Source of the DNA: Chloroflexota bacterium | GTDB lineage: Bacteria > Chloroflexota > UBA11872 > UBA12225 | Direction: 5' to 3' | DNA: 64,000 nt | NCBI GenBank assembly: GCA_009693165.1 | Contig: SHXX01000005.1 | Coordinates: 1,022-65,021, forward strand | Shown: positions 48,366-57,091 of the stretch, in pieces | Layout of the letters: the number at the start of each line of letters is the position of its first letter | Numbering within the stretch: position 1 is the stretch's first letter | Program-made: the position numbers and the translations under genes | The notes under the pieces: model-generated | Database searches by the model: none | Told to the model about the DNA's origin: nothing | Seen by the model: the letters and a program-made list of their open reading frames with translations, nothing else

Positions 48366-50708
48366 ATGGTGGGTACCGTTCCCACACCTGCGGCCGATCA
48401 ACACGGCCCCGGACCATCGACAAGTGGTTCGTCCCGCATCGCACCCGGAAATCCGATTGGTCGGGTTGTCCGCAAGGAAATCACGTTTGCCGGTCGGCAG
48501 CTGATCATCGAGACCGGAAAGCTCGCCGGCCAGGCCGGTGGGTCAGTTACTGTCCAATTCGGTCAGTCGGTCGTGCTGGCAACCGCAACGATGACGCGGT
48601 CGCCGCGTGATGGCATCGACTTCCTCCCGCTGACCGTCGATTACGAAGAGCGTCTATACGCCGCCGGCAAGATTCCCGGCAGCTACCAACGTCGTGAAGG
48701 GCGCGCCCGTGATGATGCGATCCTTTCCGGCCGCCTCGTGGACCGGTCAATCCGGCCGCTGTTCCCGAAGGGCCTTCGCCACGACGTCCAGGTGATCATC
48801 ACCACGCTGTCCACGGATCAGGAAAACGATCCAAGTGTCCTCGGCATCGTGGGTGCATCCGCCGCGCTCATGATTTCTGACATCCCTTGGGGAGGCCCGA
48901 TCGGTGGCGTCCGAATGGGCTGCGTCGATGGTGATCTGGTGGTCAATCCCACGCAGTCGCACCTCGCCAAGAGCACGCTCGACCTGATGATCGCTGCGAC
49001 ACCTGACGCAGTGATGATGGTCGAGGCGGGTGCGAACCGGGTCTCTGAGCGAGTGGTTCTCGATGCAATCGCGCAGGCACACGCCCAGATCCGTGCCCTC
49101 TGCATCCTGCAGGAGGAACTGCGGGCCGAAGTCGGCAAGGTGAAGCGCGAATTCACGCCGTCGGAGACGCCGGCCGCGGTCAAGGCCGCGGTTGACGAGG
49201 CGCTTGCCGGTCGCCTTCATGCCGTCCTCTACCAGGCGGACAAGTCGACCCGTGAAGTCGGTCTCGAAGCCCTCACCGCGGATGTGGTGGCGTCCTTGAA
49301 GGACCGTTTCGATGCTGGCGTGGTGGTTTCAGTGGTCGAAAGCCGCATCACGACGGCGGTGCGAGACCAGATCCTGACGGCGAATATCCGTCCGGACGGC
49401 CGTGACACCAAGACCATCCGTCCGATCGTCTGTGAGGTTGGTGTGCTGCCCCGGACCCACGGTTCCGGGTTGTTCACACGTGGCCAGACCCAGGCGCTGT
49501 CGATCGCGACGCTGGGGTCACCCGGCGATGCGCAGCGTATCGATTCCCTTGCGTGGGAAGACGAAGTGAAGCGCTACATGCATCACTACAACTTCCCGCC
49601 GTATAGCACTGGCGAGGCCCGTGCCCTCAGGGGCGTTGGCCGTCGTGAAGTTGGTCACGGGAATCTTGCCGAACGCGCCCTGTTGCCGGTGCTGCCGGCC
49701 GCGGACAAGTTCGGGTACACGATTCGGGTGGTCTCGGAAATCGTCGCAAGCAACGGTTCTACGTCGATGGCCTCGGTCTGCGGAAGCACACTGTCGCTGA
49801 TGGACGCCGGTGTGCCGATTGAGGCGCCGGTCGCGGGCGTCGCAATGGGGCTGATCCTTGGTGCCGGTGCGACCGAAGGCAAGCATGCCGTCCTTACGGA
49901 CATTCAAGGCATGGAGGATGCCCTTGGGGACATGGACTTCAAGGTCGCCGGGACGGAGGGAGGGATCACTGCCCTCCAAATGGACATCAAGGTCAAGGGC
50001 ATCACCCTCGCGATCATGGAAGAGGCCCTCGAACAGGCCCGTGAAGCCAGGTTGCTGATCCTCGGCCGGATGAACGAGGTCATTTCGGCACCTCGGACGG
50101 ACCTGTCCAAGTGGGCGCCCAAGATGATCCAGATCAAGTTGCCCACCGACAAGATCGGCGCGGTGATCGGACCTGGTGGCAAGACGATCCGCAAGATCCA
50201 GGAGGAAACCGGCGCGTCGATTGATATCGACGATCAGGGGATGGCGAACATCACGTCGCCGAACCCGGAAGGTGCCGAACGGGCCGCGCAGGTTGTCCGG
50301 TCGATCATCGAGGACGTGGAGGTCGGCAAGATCTACATGGGTAAGATCACCAGGCTGATGGCCTTCGGTGCGTTTGCCGAGATCATGCCCGGCAAGGAAG
50401 GCCTCGTCCACATCTCAGAACTTGCCGAGACACGGGTGAACCGTGTGGAGGACGTCGTCGAGGTCGGCGATGAAGTGATGGTGATGGTGATCGAAGTCGA
50501 TGGGCAGGGACGCGTCAACCTGTCGCGCCGTGCGGTGATCGAAGGGCAGTCACCTGACGAGGTTCTGGCACGTCGCCCACAGGGCGGTGGCGGTCCTCCG
50601 AGTGGTGGACGGCCCGGTGGTGGCATGGGTGGACCCCGACGCGACGGCCCACCGCGTGGTTCGTTCGGCGGGTCACGCGGCCCTCGCGGACCGATGGGCC
50701 CGCGCTAG
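48366..50708 (+). CDS. pnp: Polyribonucleotide nucleotidyltransferase (PNPase) with a Gly/Arg-rich C-terminal tail
   Basis: Start is ATG 48366 behind GAGGAG. Has two RNase PH domains, a KH domain (KIGAVIGPGGKTIRKI), an S1 domain (GKITRLMAFGAFAEI), then a 45-aa RGG-like tail. Confidence 0.95.
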   Translation: MVGTVPTPAADQHGPGPSTSGSSRIAPGNPIGRVVRKEITFAGRQLIIETGKLAGQAGGSVTVQFGQSVVLATATMTRSPRDGIDFLPLTVDYEERLYAAGKIPGSYQRREGRARDDAILSGRLVDRSIRPLFPKGLRHDVQVIITTLSTDQENDPSVLGIVGASAALMISDIPWGGPIGGVRMGCVDGDLVVNPTQSHLAKSTLDLMIAATPDAVMMVEAGANRVSERVVLDAIAQAHAQIRALCILQEELRAEVGKVKREFTPSETPAAVKAAVDEALAGRLHAVLYQADKSTREVGLEALTADVVASLKDRFDAGVVVSVVESRITTAVRDQILTANIRPDGRDTKTIRPIVCEVGVLPRTHGSGLFTRGQTQALSIATLGSPGDAQRIDSLAWEDEVKRYMHHYNFPPYSTGEARALRGVGRREVGHGNLAERALLPVLPAADKFGYTIRVVSEIVASNGSTSMASVCGSTLSLMDAGVPIEAPVAGVAMGLILGAGATEGKHAVLTDIQGMEDALGDMDFKVAGTEGGITALQMDIKVKGITLAIMEEALEQAREARLLILGRMNEVISAPRTDLSKWAPKMIQIKLPTDKIGAVIGPGGKTIRKIQEETGASIDIDDQGMANITSPNPEGAERAAQVVRSIIEDVEVGKIYMGKITRLMAFGAFAEIMPGKEGLVHISELAETRVNRVEDVVEVGDEVMVMVIEVDGQGRVNLSRRAVIEGQSPDEVLARRPQGGGGPPSGGRPGGGMGGPRRDGPPRGSFGGSRGPRGPMGPR

Positions 50709-50747
50709 GTCCGGCGTCGTAGTCACCGGATAAAGAACTCGGCAACC

Positions 50748-50788
50748 GCAGCCGGTTTCCCGGGCCACTGGCCCGGGAAACCGGCTGC
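50748..50788 (+). terminator. 19-bp perfect hairpin after pnp (no U-tract)
   Basis: GCAGCCGGTTTCCCGGGCC-ACT-GGCCCGGGAAACCGGCTGC, 40 nt after the pnp stop. It could be a terminator or an RNase processing site. Confidence 0.5.
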
Positions 50789-50852
50789 GTCGTTCCCGGA
50801 CGCAATTGCGCCGGGGTGCAAGGCACTCCGAGCCCGGGCAGATGCTGCTACC

Positions 50853-51668
50853 ATGCGCCCGGAAATGAGCGGGCAATCTGGGACACGGGTAGCCGTTGCG
50901 GGATTCGGTCGGTTGGCGTCGGATGTGACGCGCGGATTGGCTGCCCTTGACGGCATTCAAATCGTAGGCATTGCGCGCAGACAGGGCGAAGACCAGACGA
51001 TCAGGGTTGGTGAAACGCTTGTGGCGCGCTACCGTGACGTCGGAACGATGATCCGCGAGACTCGTCCCGATGTCCTCCTTGAGGCAACGCTGCCCGAGTT
51101 TGCGTTGGACCATGCGCTTGCCGCGCTTGCCAATGGGGTTCGGCCGGTGGTGGCGACAAGTGGCGTGTCGGATCGCGACCTAGAGGTCCTTGGAAGTTCG
51201 TGCGCTGACCACTCCCTAGGTGGGGTTGTCGCACCAAATCTCTCGGTCGGCGCAGTCGTCCTGATGCATCTCGCGGCGATTGCCGGTCGGTTCTTCGAGC
51301 ATGCCGACATCATTGAATACCACCGTGACCGCAAGGCTGATGCACCGTCGGGAACCGCAGTTCACACCGCGCGCCTGATGCACCGTGCGCGGGAGGGGAC
51401 TTTCACGCGGGTTCCTAGCCGGACGGTCACGGTGCCAGACGTTCGGGGTGGGGAAGCGAACGGGATTGGCATCCACAGCATCAGGCTCCCCGGGCTCGTT
51501 GCGCATCAGGAAGTGATCTTTGGCGGGACGGGGCAGACCCTGACGCTTCGCCATGACGCGATGTCGAACGATTCATATGTGCCGGGTGCGGCACTTGCCA
51601 TTCGGCACGCGATGCAGACCACCGGGTTGACCGTCGGACTTGGGACACTACTCGGGTTGGAACCCTGA
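50853..51668 (+). CDS. dapB: 4-hydroxy-tetrahydrodipicolinate reductase
   Basis: Has VAVAGFGRLASD (NAD-binding) and IIEYHRDRKADAPSGTA. The start could be ATG 50865. Confidence 0.9.
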   Translation: MRPEMSGQSGTRVAVAGFGRLASDVTRGLAALDGIQIVGIARRQGEDQTIRVGETLVARYRDVGTMIRETRPDVLLEATLPEFALDHALAALANGVRPVVATSGVSDRDLEVLGSSCADHSLGGVVAPNLSVGAVVLMHLAAIAGRFFEHADIIEYHRDRKADAPSGTAVHTARLMHRAREGTFTRVPSRTVTVPDVRGGEANGIGIHSIRLPGLVAHQEVIFGGTGQTLTLRHDAMSNDSYVPGAALAIRHAMQTTGLTVGLGTLLGLEP

Positions 51669-51686
51669 GACGGAGAGGGCGAAGAG

Positions 51687-52628
51687 ATGAGCGCACGTGA
51701 GGTCGAATTCGGCCGATTGATCACCGCAATGGTCACGCCGTTCCATCGCGATGGTGCAGGCCAGGCCGTAGATTACGAGAAAGCTGCACGGATGGCACGC
51801 ATCCTGGCAGCAAATGGCACACAGACAATCGTCGTGTCAGGGACTACCGGCGAATCACCGAATCTTTCGACTGCGGAGAAGCTCGCCCTTTTCCGCACGG
51901 TGCGGGATGCGGTGGCGGGGCATGCCAAGGTGATTGCCGGCACCGGCAACTACAGCACCCACGAGAGCATCGAGTTGACCGAGGCGGTCCAACACGCTGG
52001 GGTTGCCGATGGTGTGCTGCTCGTCGTGCCCTACTACAACAATCCACCCCAGGAGGGCCTGTACAGGCACTTCCGGACTATTGCCGAGAGCACGTCCTTG
52101 CCGTGCATGGTCTACAACGTCCCTAGCCGGACGGTGCGGAACATGGATGCATCGACAACCCTTCGGCTCGCGCGCGACGTGCCTAACATCATCGGCATCA
52201 AGGAAGCCAGCGAGAACCTCGACCAAGTGGCCGAAATCCTGGCTGGAGCGCCGGGCGACTTCAAGCTGTGGAGTGGCAATGATGGCGACACATTCCCGAA
52301 GATGGCGATGGGTGGCTACGGCGTAGTTTCGGTGGCGGCCCATGTCGTGGGGCGCCTGATCCGACAGATGGTTGACGCAACCGGGGCGGGCGACGTCCGT
52401 GAAGGGGCGCGTCTTCATCTCCATCTGCTGCCATTGGCCAGGGCACTCTTCCCGCCAATTGCCCCGGTTGCCTCGCCGGCGTCGATCAAGGCCGCGATCG
52501 GGATCCTCGGGGTTGACGTTGGTGGGCTCCGGTTGCCGATGATCGAGTTGCCCGAAGCCGCAAACCACAACCTTGCGGAAATGCTTCGTGGCTACGCGAC
52601 CGATCCCATGGACATCGGCGCCCACTGA
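51687..52628 (+). CDS. dapA: 4-hydroxy-tetrahydrodipicolinate synthase
   Basis: Has ITAMVTPF, VSGTTGESPNLS, and the catalytic Lys context IIGIKEAS. Confidence 0.93.
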   Translation: MSAREVEFGRLITAMVTPFHRDGAGQAVDYEKAARMARILAANGTQTIVVSGTTGESPNLSTAEKLALFRTVRDAVAGHAKVIAGTGNYSTHESIELTEAVQHAGVADGVLLVVPYYNNPPQEGLYRHFRTIAESTSLPCMVYNVPSRTVRNMDASTTLRLARDVPNIIGIKEASENLDQVAEILAGAPGDFKLWSGNDGDTFPKMAMGGYGVVSVAAHVVGRLIRQMVDATGAGDVREGARLHLHLLPLARALFPPIAPVASPASIKAAIGILGVDVGGLRLPMIELPEAANHNLAEMLRGYATDPMDIGAH

Positions 52629-52633
52629 TCGGG

Positions 52634-53401
52634 TTGATGGGAATGGCGGATTTGGGAACGCCGGATGTTCGACGGGAACGCCTTGTGCGGATTTCCGATG
52701 ACATCCGGGGATGCCGGGCGTGTGTCCTCCGCGAGGGTACGCGTCAGGCAGTTCCCGGTGAGGGCAATCCGGACGCCGAAATCCTGCTGATCGGTGAGGC
52801 GCCCGGACAGAACGAGGACCTGCAAGGTCGTCCTTTCGTGGGTGCATCCGGGCAGTTCCTCACCGAGATGCTGCGGCAGAACGGCCTCCGGCGCGAGGAT
52901 GTGTTCATCGCCAATGTCGTGAAGCATCGGCCGCCAAACAACCGGGATCCGCTTCCGGATGAAATCGAGGCATGTGCCTCGTTTCTTTCCCACCAGATTG
53001 AAGCGATCGATCCCCTGGTGATCATCACGCTCGGCAGGTTCTCGCTAGCAAAGTTCTTTCCGGGTGAGAAGATCAGTCACATCCACGGCCAACCCCGGAA
53101 GATTGGCGGGCGGACCGTGATCCCGCTTTACCACCCGGCGGCGGCGCTTCATCAGGGTGCCCTTCGGAAGGTTCTCGAGGCAGACTTCGCCAAGGTCCCG
53201 GGAATCGTCGATATCGCACGACGGGCAGCGGGTAGGACTGCCCTACCCGCTGGGCCTGCCAAAGCTGACGAACCGGTGCAGCAGGCATTCGGGCTACTCG
53301 AAATCGTGGCGGACAAAGCTGCGGGTGAAGGGCTTGAGAGTTCGACGACGGTGCCCGCTGCCCCTGCCCCAAAACCACCTCGTCAGCTGCCTCTCCTCTA
53401 G
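52634..53401 (+). CDS. Family 4 uracil-DNA glycosylase with a C-terminal extension
   Basis: Has CRACVL (Fe-S Cys), the LLIGEAPGQNED motif, NVVKHRPPNNRDP and LYHPAAALH. Confidence 0.85.
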   Translation: MMGMADLGTPDVRRERLVRISDDIRGCRACVLREGTRQAVPGEGNPDAEILLIGEAPGQNEDLQGRPFVGASGQFLTEMLRQNGLRREDVFIANVVKHRPPNNRDPLPDEIEACASFLSHQIEAIDPLVIITLGRFSLAKFFPGEKISHIHGQPRKIGGRTVIPLYHPAAALHQGALRKVLEADFAKVPGIVDIARRAAGRTALPAGPAKADEPVQQAFGLLEIVADKAAGEGLESSTTVPAAPAPKPPRQLPLL

Positions 53402-53483
53402 GTTGCCGGAGTAGCTGGCGCATCGGCAGGGCACCGGGCAATCGTTCAACCGGGCGGCGCACGCAGGTAGAGGGTGCCCGCGA

Positions 53484-53720
53484 TCACGGCGGTGATCGCC
53501 GTACTGCAAGCAAGGAACCAGAAGGTGGCCCGCCAACGGCGCCAACGGCGCCAACGGCGCCATCGCGAGATTGCGAGATTGCGACTGGACGACGCGATGG
53601 TGCGTAGTGCCAGGCGTCCACCCACGCCTCCTGCGACGCGCGCATCGGCACTCGCGCTCCAAGCGCGAGACCGGCGAGGCAAGCGGTCAGGGTCACGGCA
53701 ATTTGCCAGTCCTCGATCAC
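53484..53720 (-). CDS. Small membrane ORF, apparently truncated by an 8-bp tandem duplication (restored form would span 53446..53720)
   Basis: GTG 53720 lies 6 nt after GGAGG. The N-terminal TM is WQIAVTLTACLAGLALGA. Removing one copy of the 8-mer joins it in frame to a second TM (TFWFLACSTAITAVIAGTLYL). Confidence 0.4.
   Translation of the reverse strand: MIEDWQIAVTLTACLAGLALGARVPMRASQEAWVDAWHYAPSRRPVAISQSRDGAVGAVGAVGGPPSGSLLAVRRSPP
53532..53584. repeat. Adjacent microsatellites: 9-bp x3 (GCCAACGGC) and 8-bp x2.5 (GCGAGATT)
   Basis: The 9-mers are at 53532-53540, 53541-53549 and 53550-53558. The 8-mers are at 53565-53572 and 53573-53580, plus a partial copy at 53581-53584. Confidence 0.9.
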
Positions 53721-53776
53721 GACCAGCCTCCATGCGCCGGTGCGGCATCCCTCATCCTGGAGCGGGGTGGTTTTGA

Positions 53777-54220
53777 TCAGGCGTCTGGTGCGCCGGCAAT
53801 CCGCCGATCCTCACGGGACAGGTGTTCAACGGTTTGACCAGTCTCAACGTAGGTCCGCGTGACGTGTGCGCCACCGTACGTCCAGAGGAAACGCATCTCG
53901 GCCCCGCTGTCGTTCCGGAAGTGGTGAGGGACACCGGGCGGGACAAAGGTCGTGTCATAAGGACGGACGGTTGTCTCTTGGCCGTTCATGATCGCGATCG
54001 CCTCGCCTTCGAGGATCGTGATCGCCTCTTCCACATTGTGGGTGTGTAATGGAATGACCGCGCCGGGTTGGAAGGTGCTGATGCCGATCGTCAGGCTCGT
54101 GCTGCCGCGGTCCGAATGGACGAGCGGCTGGGTAACCACCCCTTTGGCGCGGGAGATCGTCGGAAGGTCGCTTGGTCGGAGGATTTGTCCCTGGGCGGGC
54201 GGGTTGGTCGCGTCGGTCAC
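53777..54220 (-). CDS. Cupin domain protein
   Basis: Start is GTG 54220, 5 nt after GGAGG. Has cupin metal motifs PLHTHNVEEAITILEG and PPGVPHHF. Confidence 0.75.
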   Translation of the reverse strand: MTDATNPPAQGQILRPSDLPTISRAKGVVTQPLVHSDRGSTSLTIGISTFQPGAVIPLHTHNVEEAITILEGEAIAIMNGQETTVRPYDTTFVPPGVPHHFRNDSGAEMRFLWTYGGAHVTRTYVETGQTVEHLSREDRRIAGAPDA

Positions 54221-54372
54221 GGCAGCCTCCAGTTTTGGTTGGCGCGAACCGTGCCTGGTGGGGCGTCGCGCAGCGGTCAGTCTACGACCCGGACCGCGGC
54301 GGAGGGTGCGGTACCATCGCGAAAGGTCGCTGCTGGTGGATGCACCTTGCCGACCAGACTGGGAGTGGAACC

Positions 54373-54720
54373 GTGCCTGATCGCCCCCCGACATTCTTCG
54401 CCTGGGACGAGATTGTTCCGCGCGAACTCTTCCCCGGTGTGACTGGCCAGATCGTTTCCGGGACGAATGTCATGCTTTCCCGCGTGACGATCCCGGCGGG
54501 AAGCGTGGTTCCACCGCACTCGCACCCGCATGAACAGGCCGGCTGGGTGGTTGAGGGTGATGCAACCTTCACCATCGGCGGGGTTTCCCGTCACCTCAAG
54601 GTCGGCGACTACTATTTCATCGGCAGCAACGTGACCCACGCCGTTGTCCCCGGTCCCGACGGGATCATCGGCCTTGATGTTTTCGGGCCGCCTCGTGCGG
54701 ACTACCTTCCCCGCGAGTGA
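54373..54720 (+). CDS. Cupin domain protein
   Basis: Start is GTG 54373, 7 nt after GGGAG. Has PPHSHPHEQAGWVVEG and SNVTHAV. Confidence 0.72.
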   Translation: MPDRPPTFFAWDEIVPRELFPGVTGQIVSGTNVMLSRVTIPAGSVVPPHSHPHEQAGWVVEGDATFTIGGVSRHLKVGDYYFIGSNVTHAVVPGPDGIIGLDVFGPPRADYLPRE

Positions 54721-54813
54721 CCACGTTGGGTCCTGGGTCCGGCGCAAATGACCGTTCGTGATGCGAAGCGGTGGGGTGAGTGCGCCCTGTTGCGAAGAGA
54801 GGCGTGAGAAACG

Positions 54814-55794
54814 ATGTCCAAGTACCGAGTGTTGCTGAGCGGGAACCATTTCCGCCGGACGGACCCGGCACACGAGAAGCGGCTGATCGACGCCGGATGC
54901 GAGATCGTGATGAGCCCGTACGGCCGCCCGGCAACCGAGGCGGAGCTCATTCCGTTGCTTGAGGGTGTGGATGCGGTGCTTGCGAGTACCGATCACTTCA
55001 CCAAGGCGGTATTTGCCGCGTCGCCTCGCCTGAAGATCGTCGCGCGGTGGGGGGTCGGCTACGACGCCATCGACGTCGACGGCGCGACCGAACACGGCGT
55101 CTGGATCACCACGACGCCGGGTACGAATGAACACTCGGTAGCCGATGCGACCCTGACGATGATCCTTGCGATCGCCCGGGATGTGGTCGAACACGTCGAG
55201 ACGACGCGTGCGGGCAAGTGGGACCGGCTGATCGGGGTCGAGCTGCTCGACCAGACCATCGGCGTGATCGGTTTCGGCCGCATCGGCCGCCAGGTCGCCA
55301 TCCGGGCGCGTGCTTTCGGGATGCGCGTCCTGGCGTGCGATCCGGTCTTGTCCGACCAGGCAATCCGCGATGGTGGTGCCGACCCTGCGACGCTTGAGGA
55401 AGTGCTGCGTCAGGCCGATTGGGTCACACTCCACGCCCCGTCGATGCCTGAGACCCATGACCTCATCAATGCCCGTACGTTGGCGATGTGCAAGAAATCG
55501 GCCTACCTCATCAATACCGCCCGCGGTGACTTGGTGAATGAGGAGGACTTGGCAGCGGCGCTCCGCGCGGGAACCGTTGCCGGCGCTGCCCTCGATGTCT
55601 TCAAGGGTGAACCGATCAAGGCGGACAATCCTCTCCGTTCCTTGCCCAACGTCTTGCCGTTCCCGCACATCGCGGGCATTACGAGGCAATCATCGGAGCG
55701 GATGTCCGCGATGTGCGTCGACAACATCCTCGCGGTCCTCGCGGGGCACGCCGCTCCTGCGCCGGTGAATCGTCCGGCCTGCCCCAGGCACTGA
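54814..55794 (+). CDS. D-isomer-specific 2-hydroxyacid dehydrogenase (PGDH / glyoxylate reductase-like)
   Basis: Has the GVIGFGRIGRQVA NAD-binding motif, plus LINTARG and the catalytic His context FPHIAG. Confidence 0.9.
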   Translation: MSKYRVLLSGNHFRRTDPAHEKRLIDAGCEIVMSPYGRPATEAELIPLLEGVDAVLASTDHFTKAVFAASPRLKIVARWGVGYDAIDVDGATEHGVWITTTPGTNEHSVADATLTMILAIARDVVEHVETTRAGKWDRLIGVELLDQTIGVIGFGRIGRQVAIRARAFGMRVLACDPVLSDQAIRDGGADPATLEEVLRQADWVTLHAPSMPETHDLINARTLAMCKKSAYLINTARGDLVNEEDLAAALRAGTVAGAALDVFKGEPIKADNPLRSLPNVLPFPHIAGITRQSSERMSAMCVDNILAVLAGHAAPAPVNRPACPRH

Positions 55795-55797
55795 GGG

Positions 55798-56085
55798 GTG
55801 AAGGACCGGTTGGGACGGGTCATGAATGACCCGTCGTTCGTCTATGGCGAGGTCTACGGACCGATGATCACGGTTGAGCGGTCAATCGTGTTGCTTCAGG
55901 TGCGACTGGCCCAACAGCCACCCGAAACCCTGACACTGGACTATCTCGACGAACAATATTCGGCGCTCCTCAAGACCCTGGTGTCATCCGGATTGTGCGT
56001 TGTCACATCGTTTACCCAGCCGACCATCGAAAAGACCATCTGGTTTGCGCACCAGCGTGCACAGATAGACCGGTTCCGGGAATAG
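55798..56085 (+). CDS. Hypothetical small protein
   Basis: 95-aa ORF starting 4 nt after the dehydrogenase stop and ending 8 nt before the GNAT gene. No family recognised. ATG 55822 is an alternative start. Confidence 0.5.
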   Translation: MKDRLGRVMNDPSFVYGEVYGPMITVERSIVLLQVRLAQQPPETLTLDYLDEQYSALLKTLVSSGLCVVTSFTQPTIEKTIWFAHQRAQIDRFRE

Positions 56086-56093
56086 ACTTGAAC

Positions 56094-57077
56094 ATGACTA
56101 CCACGAGTGCCCCGTACCTCCTCGAACTCTTGCCCGATCCCCCGGAGCGGGTGCTTGGCGAACGGATGGAGGCCAACCAGTTCACCTATGGCCCCAGTGA
56201 GATTCTGGTCGCACGCCGGCCGGGTGGCAGCGGCGAAATCGTCGGTGCCACCCGGATGGCGATGCGTACCCGGACCCTGCGCCCACAGGGGCTGATCACC
56301 GACTTGCAGGTGGACAAGGATCTGCTCGACACCGGGTTGCCCGAGCAACTCATCGCCGACGCGGAGCGACGCCTGTTGGCAAACGGTGCCCGGAAGATCG
56401 ATGGCCTTCTCCTGGACGGCGAGGGGATGGCCTCGTACTACTACCGGCTAGGCTACTGGTCTTCGCGCCGGATGGTGATCCTGACATGGGATCTCACCGC
56501 CCTTCGCGACATTCCGATGACCACTGAGTACGAGATTGTCCAGGTCGACCGGCCGGATGTCGATTCGACGGCGCGGTTCATCATCAATAGCTACCAGCCG
56601 TATTTCCGGTGGTGGAAAGAACCGCGCGAGGATCAGAAGTGGTTCCGTGTGGAACTGCAGTCGGAGGAACAGGGCGACCTCTACACCCGGGCGACCGAAG
56701 AGATCCAGGCGCGTGTCCACGCCGATGTGGCCAATGCCGGCAAGAATGCGGCCCAGACCTACTTCCTGGCGTATCGCGGTGGTGAACTTGTGGGCCTCTG
56801 CGATGCCCGCGACGGTGGTCCGGGACAGGACACCTTTGAATGGTGTGTCCTTGTCAGCCGGAAGAGCATCGGCCGTGGCCTCGGGTCGTCACTGCTCGGC
56901 AGTGCATTGCGCTGGCTTCGCGATGAGCGTGGCCGGAAGCATGCCGAATATACGAGCACGTCGGGTCTCGACGACTACGATCCCCTCATCTACCTGTCGA
57001 CGGTTGCGACCGGCGCGTTCATGAAGGGCGAGTTCCTCGACTGCGTCAAGACCCAGTTTGGTGATGCCACCGCGTAA
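56094..57077 (+). CDS. Tandem GNAT-fold N-acetyltransferase
   Basis: Trimmed to MTTTSAPYLLELL. Has two acetyltransferase-like halves (…IVGATRMAMRT…LQVDKD…GLPEQLI and …LVGLCDAR…VLVSRKSIGRGLGSSLLGSAL). Confidence 0.7.
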   Translation: MTTTSAPYLLELLPDPPERVLGERMEANQFTYGPSEILVARRPGGSGEIVGATRMAMRTRTLRPQGLITDLQVDKDLLDTGLPEQLIADAERRLLANGARKIDGLLLDGEGMASYYYRLGYWSSRRMVILTWDLTALRDIPMTTEYEIVQVDRPDVDSTARFIINSYQPYFRWWKEPREDQKWFRVELQSEEQGDLYTRATEEIQARVHADVANAGKNAAQTYFLAYRGGELVGLCDARDGGPGQDTFEWCVLVSRKSIGRGLGSSLLGSALRWLRDERGRKHAEYTSTSGLDDYDPLIYLSTVATGAFMKGEFLDCVKTQFGDATA

Positions 57078-57091
57078 GCCGGGGTCGGGGA

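Noticed and set aside
54277-55689. 470-aa minus-strand ORF, with similar long antisense or alternate-frame ORFs at 61179..62438, 4194..5291, 4298..5446, 5653..6618, 10920..11996, 39747..40694, 49518..50411, 51855..52847 and 1153..1941.
   Set aside because: All lie opposite or out of frame with genes that have clear conserved motifs. Their products are Arg/Asp/His/Pro-rich with no motifs. This is the usual stop-codon-poor artefact of GC-rich DNA.
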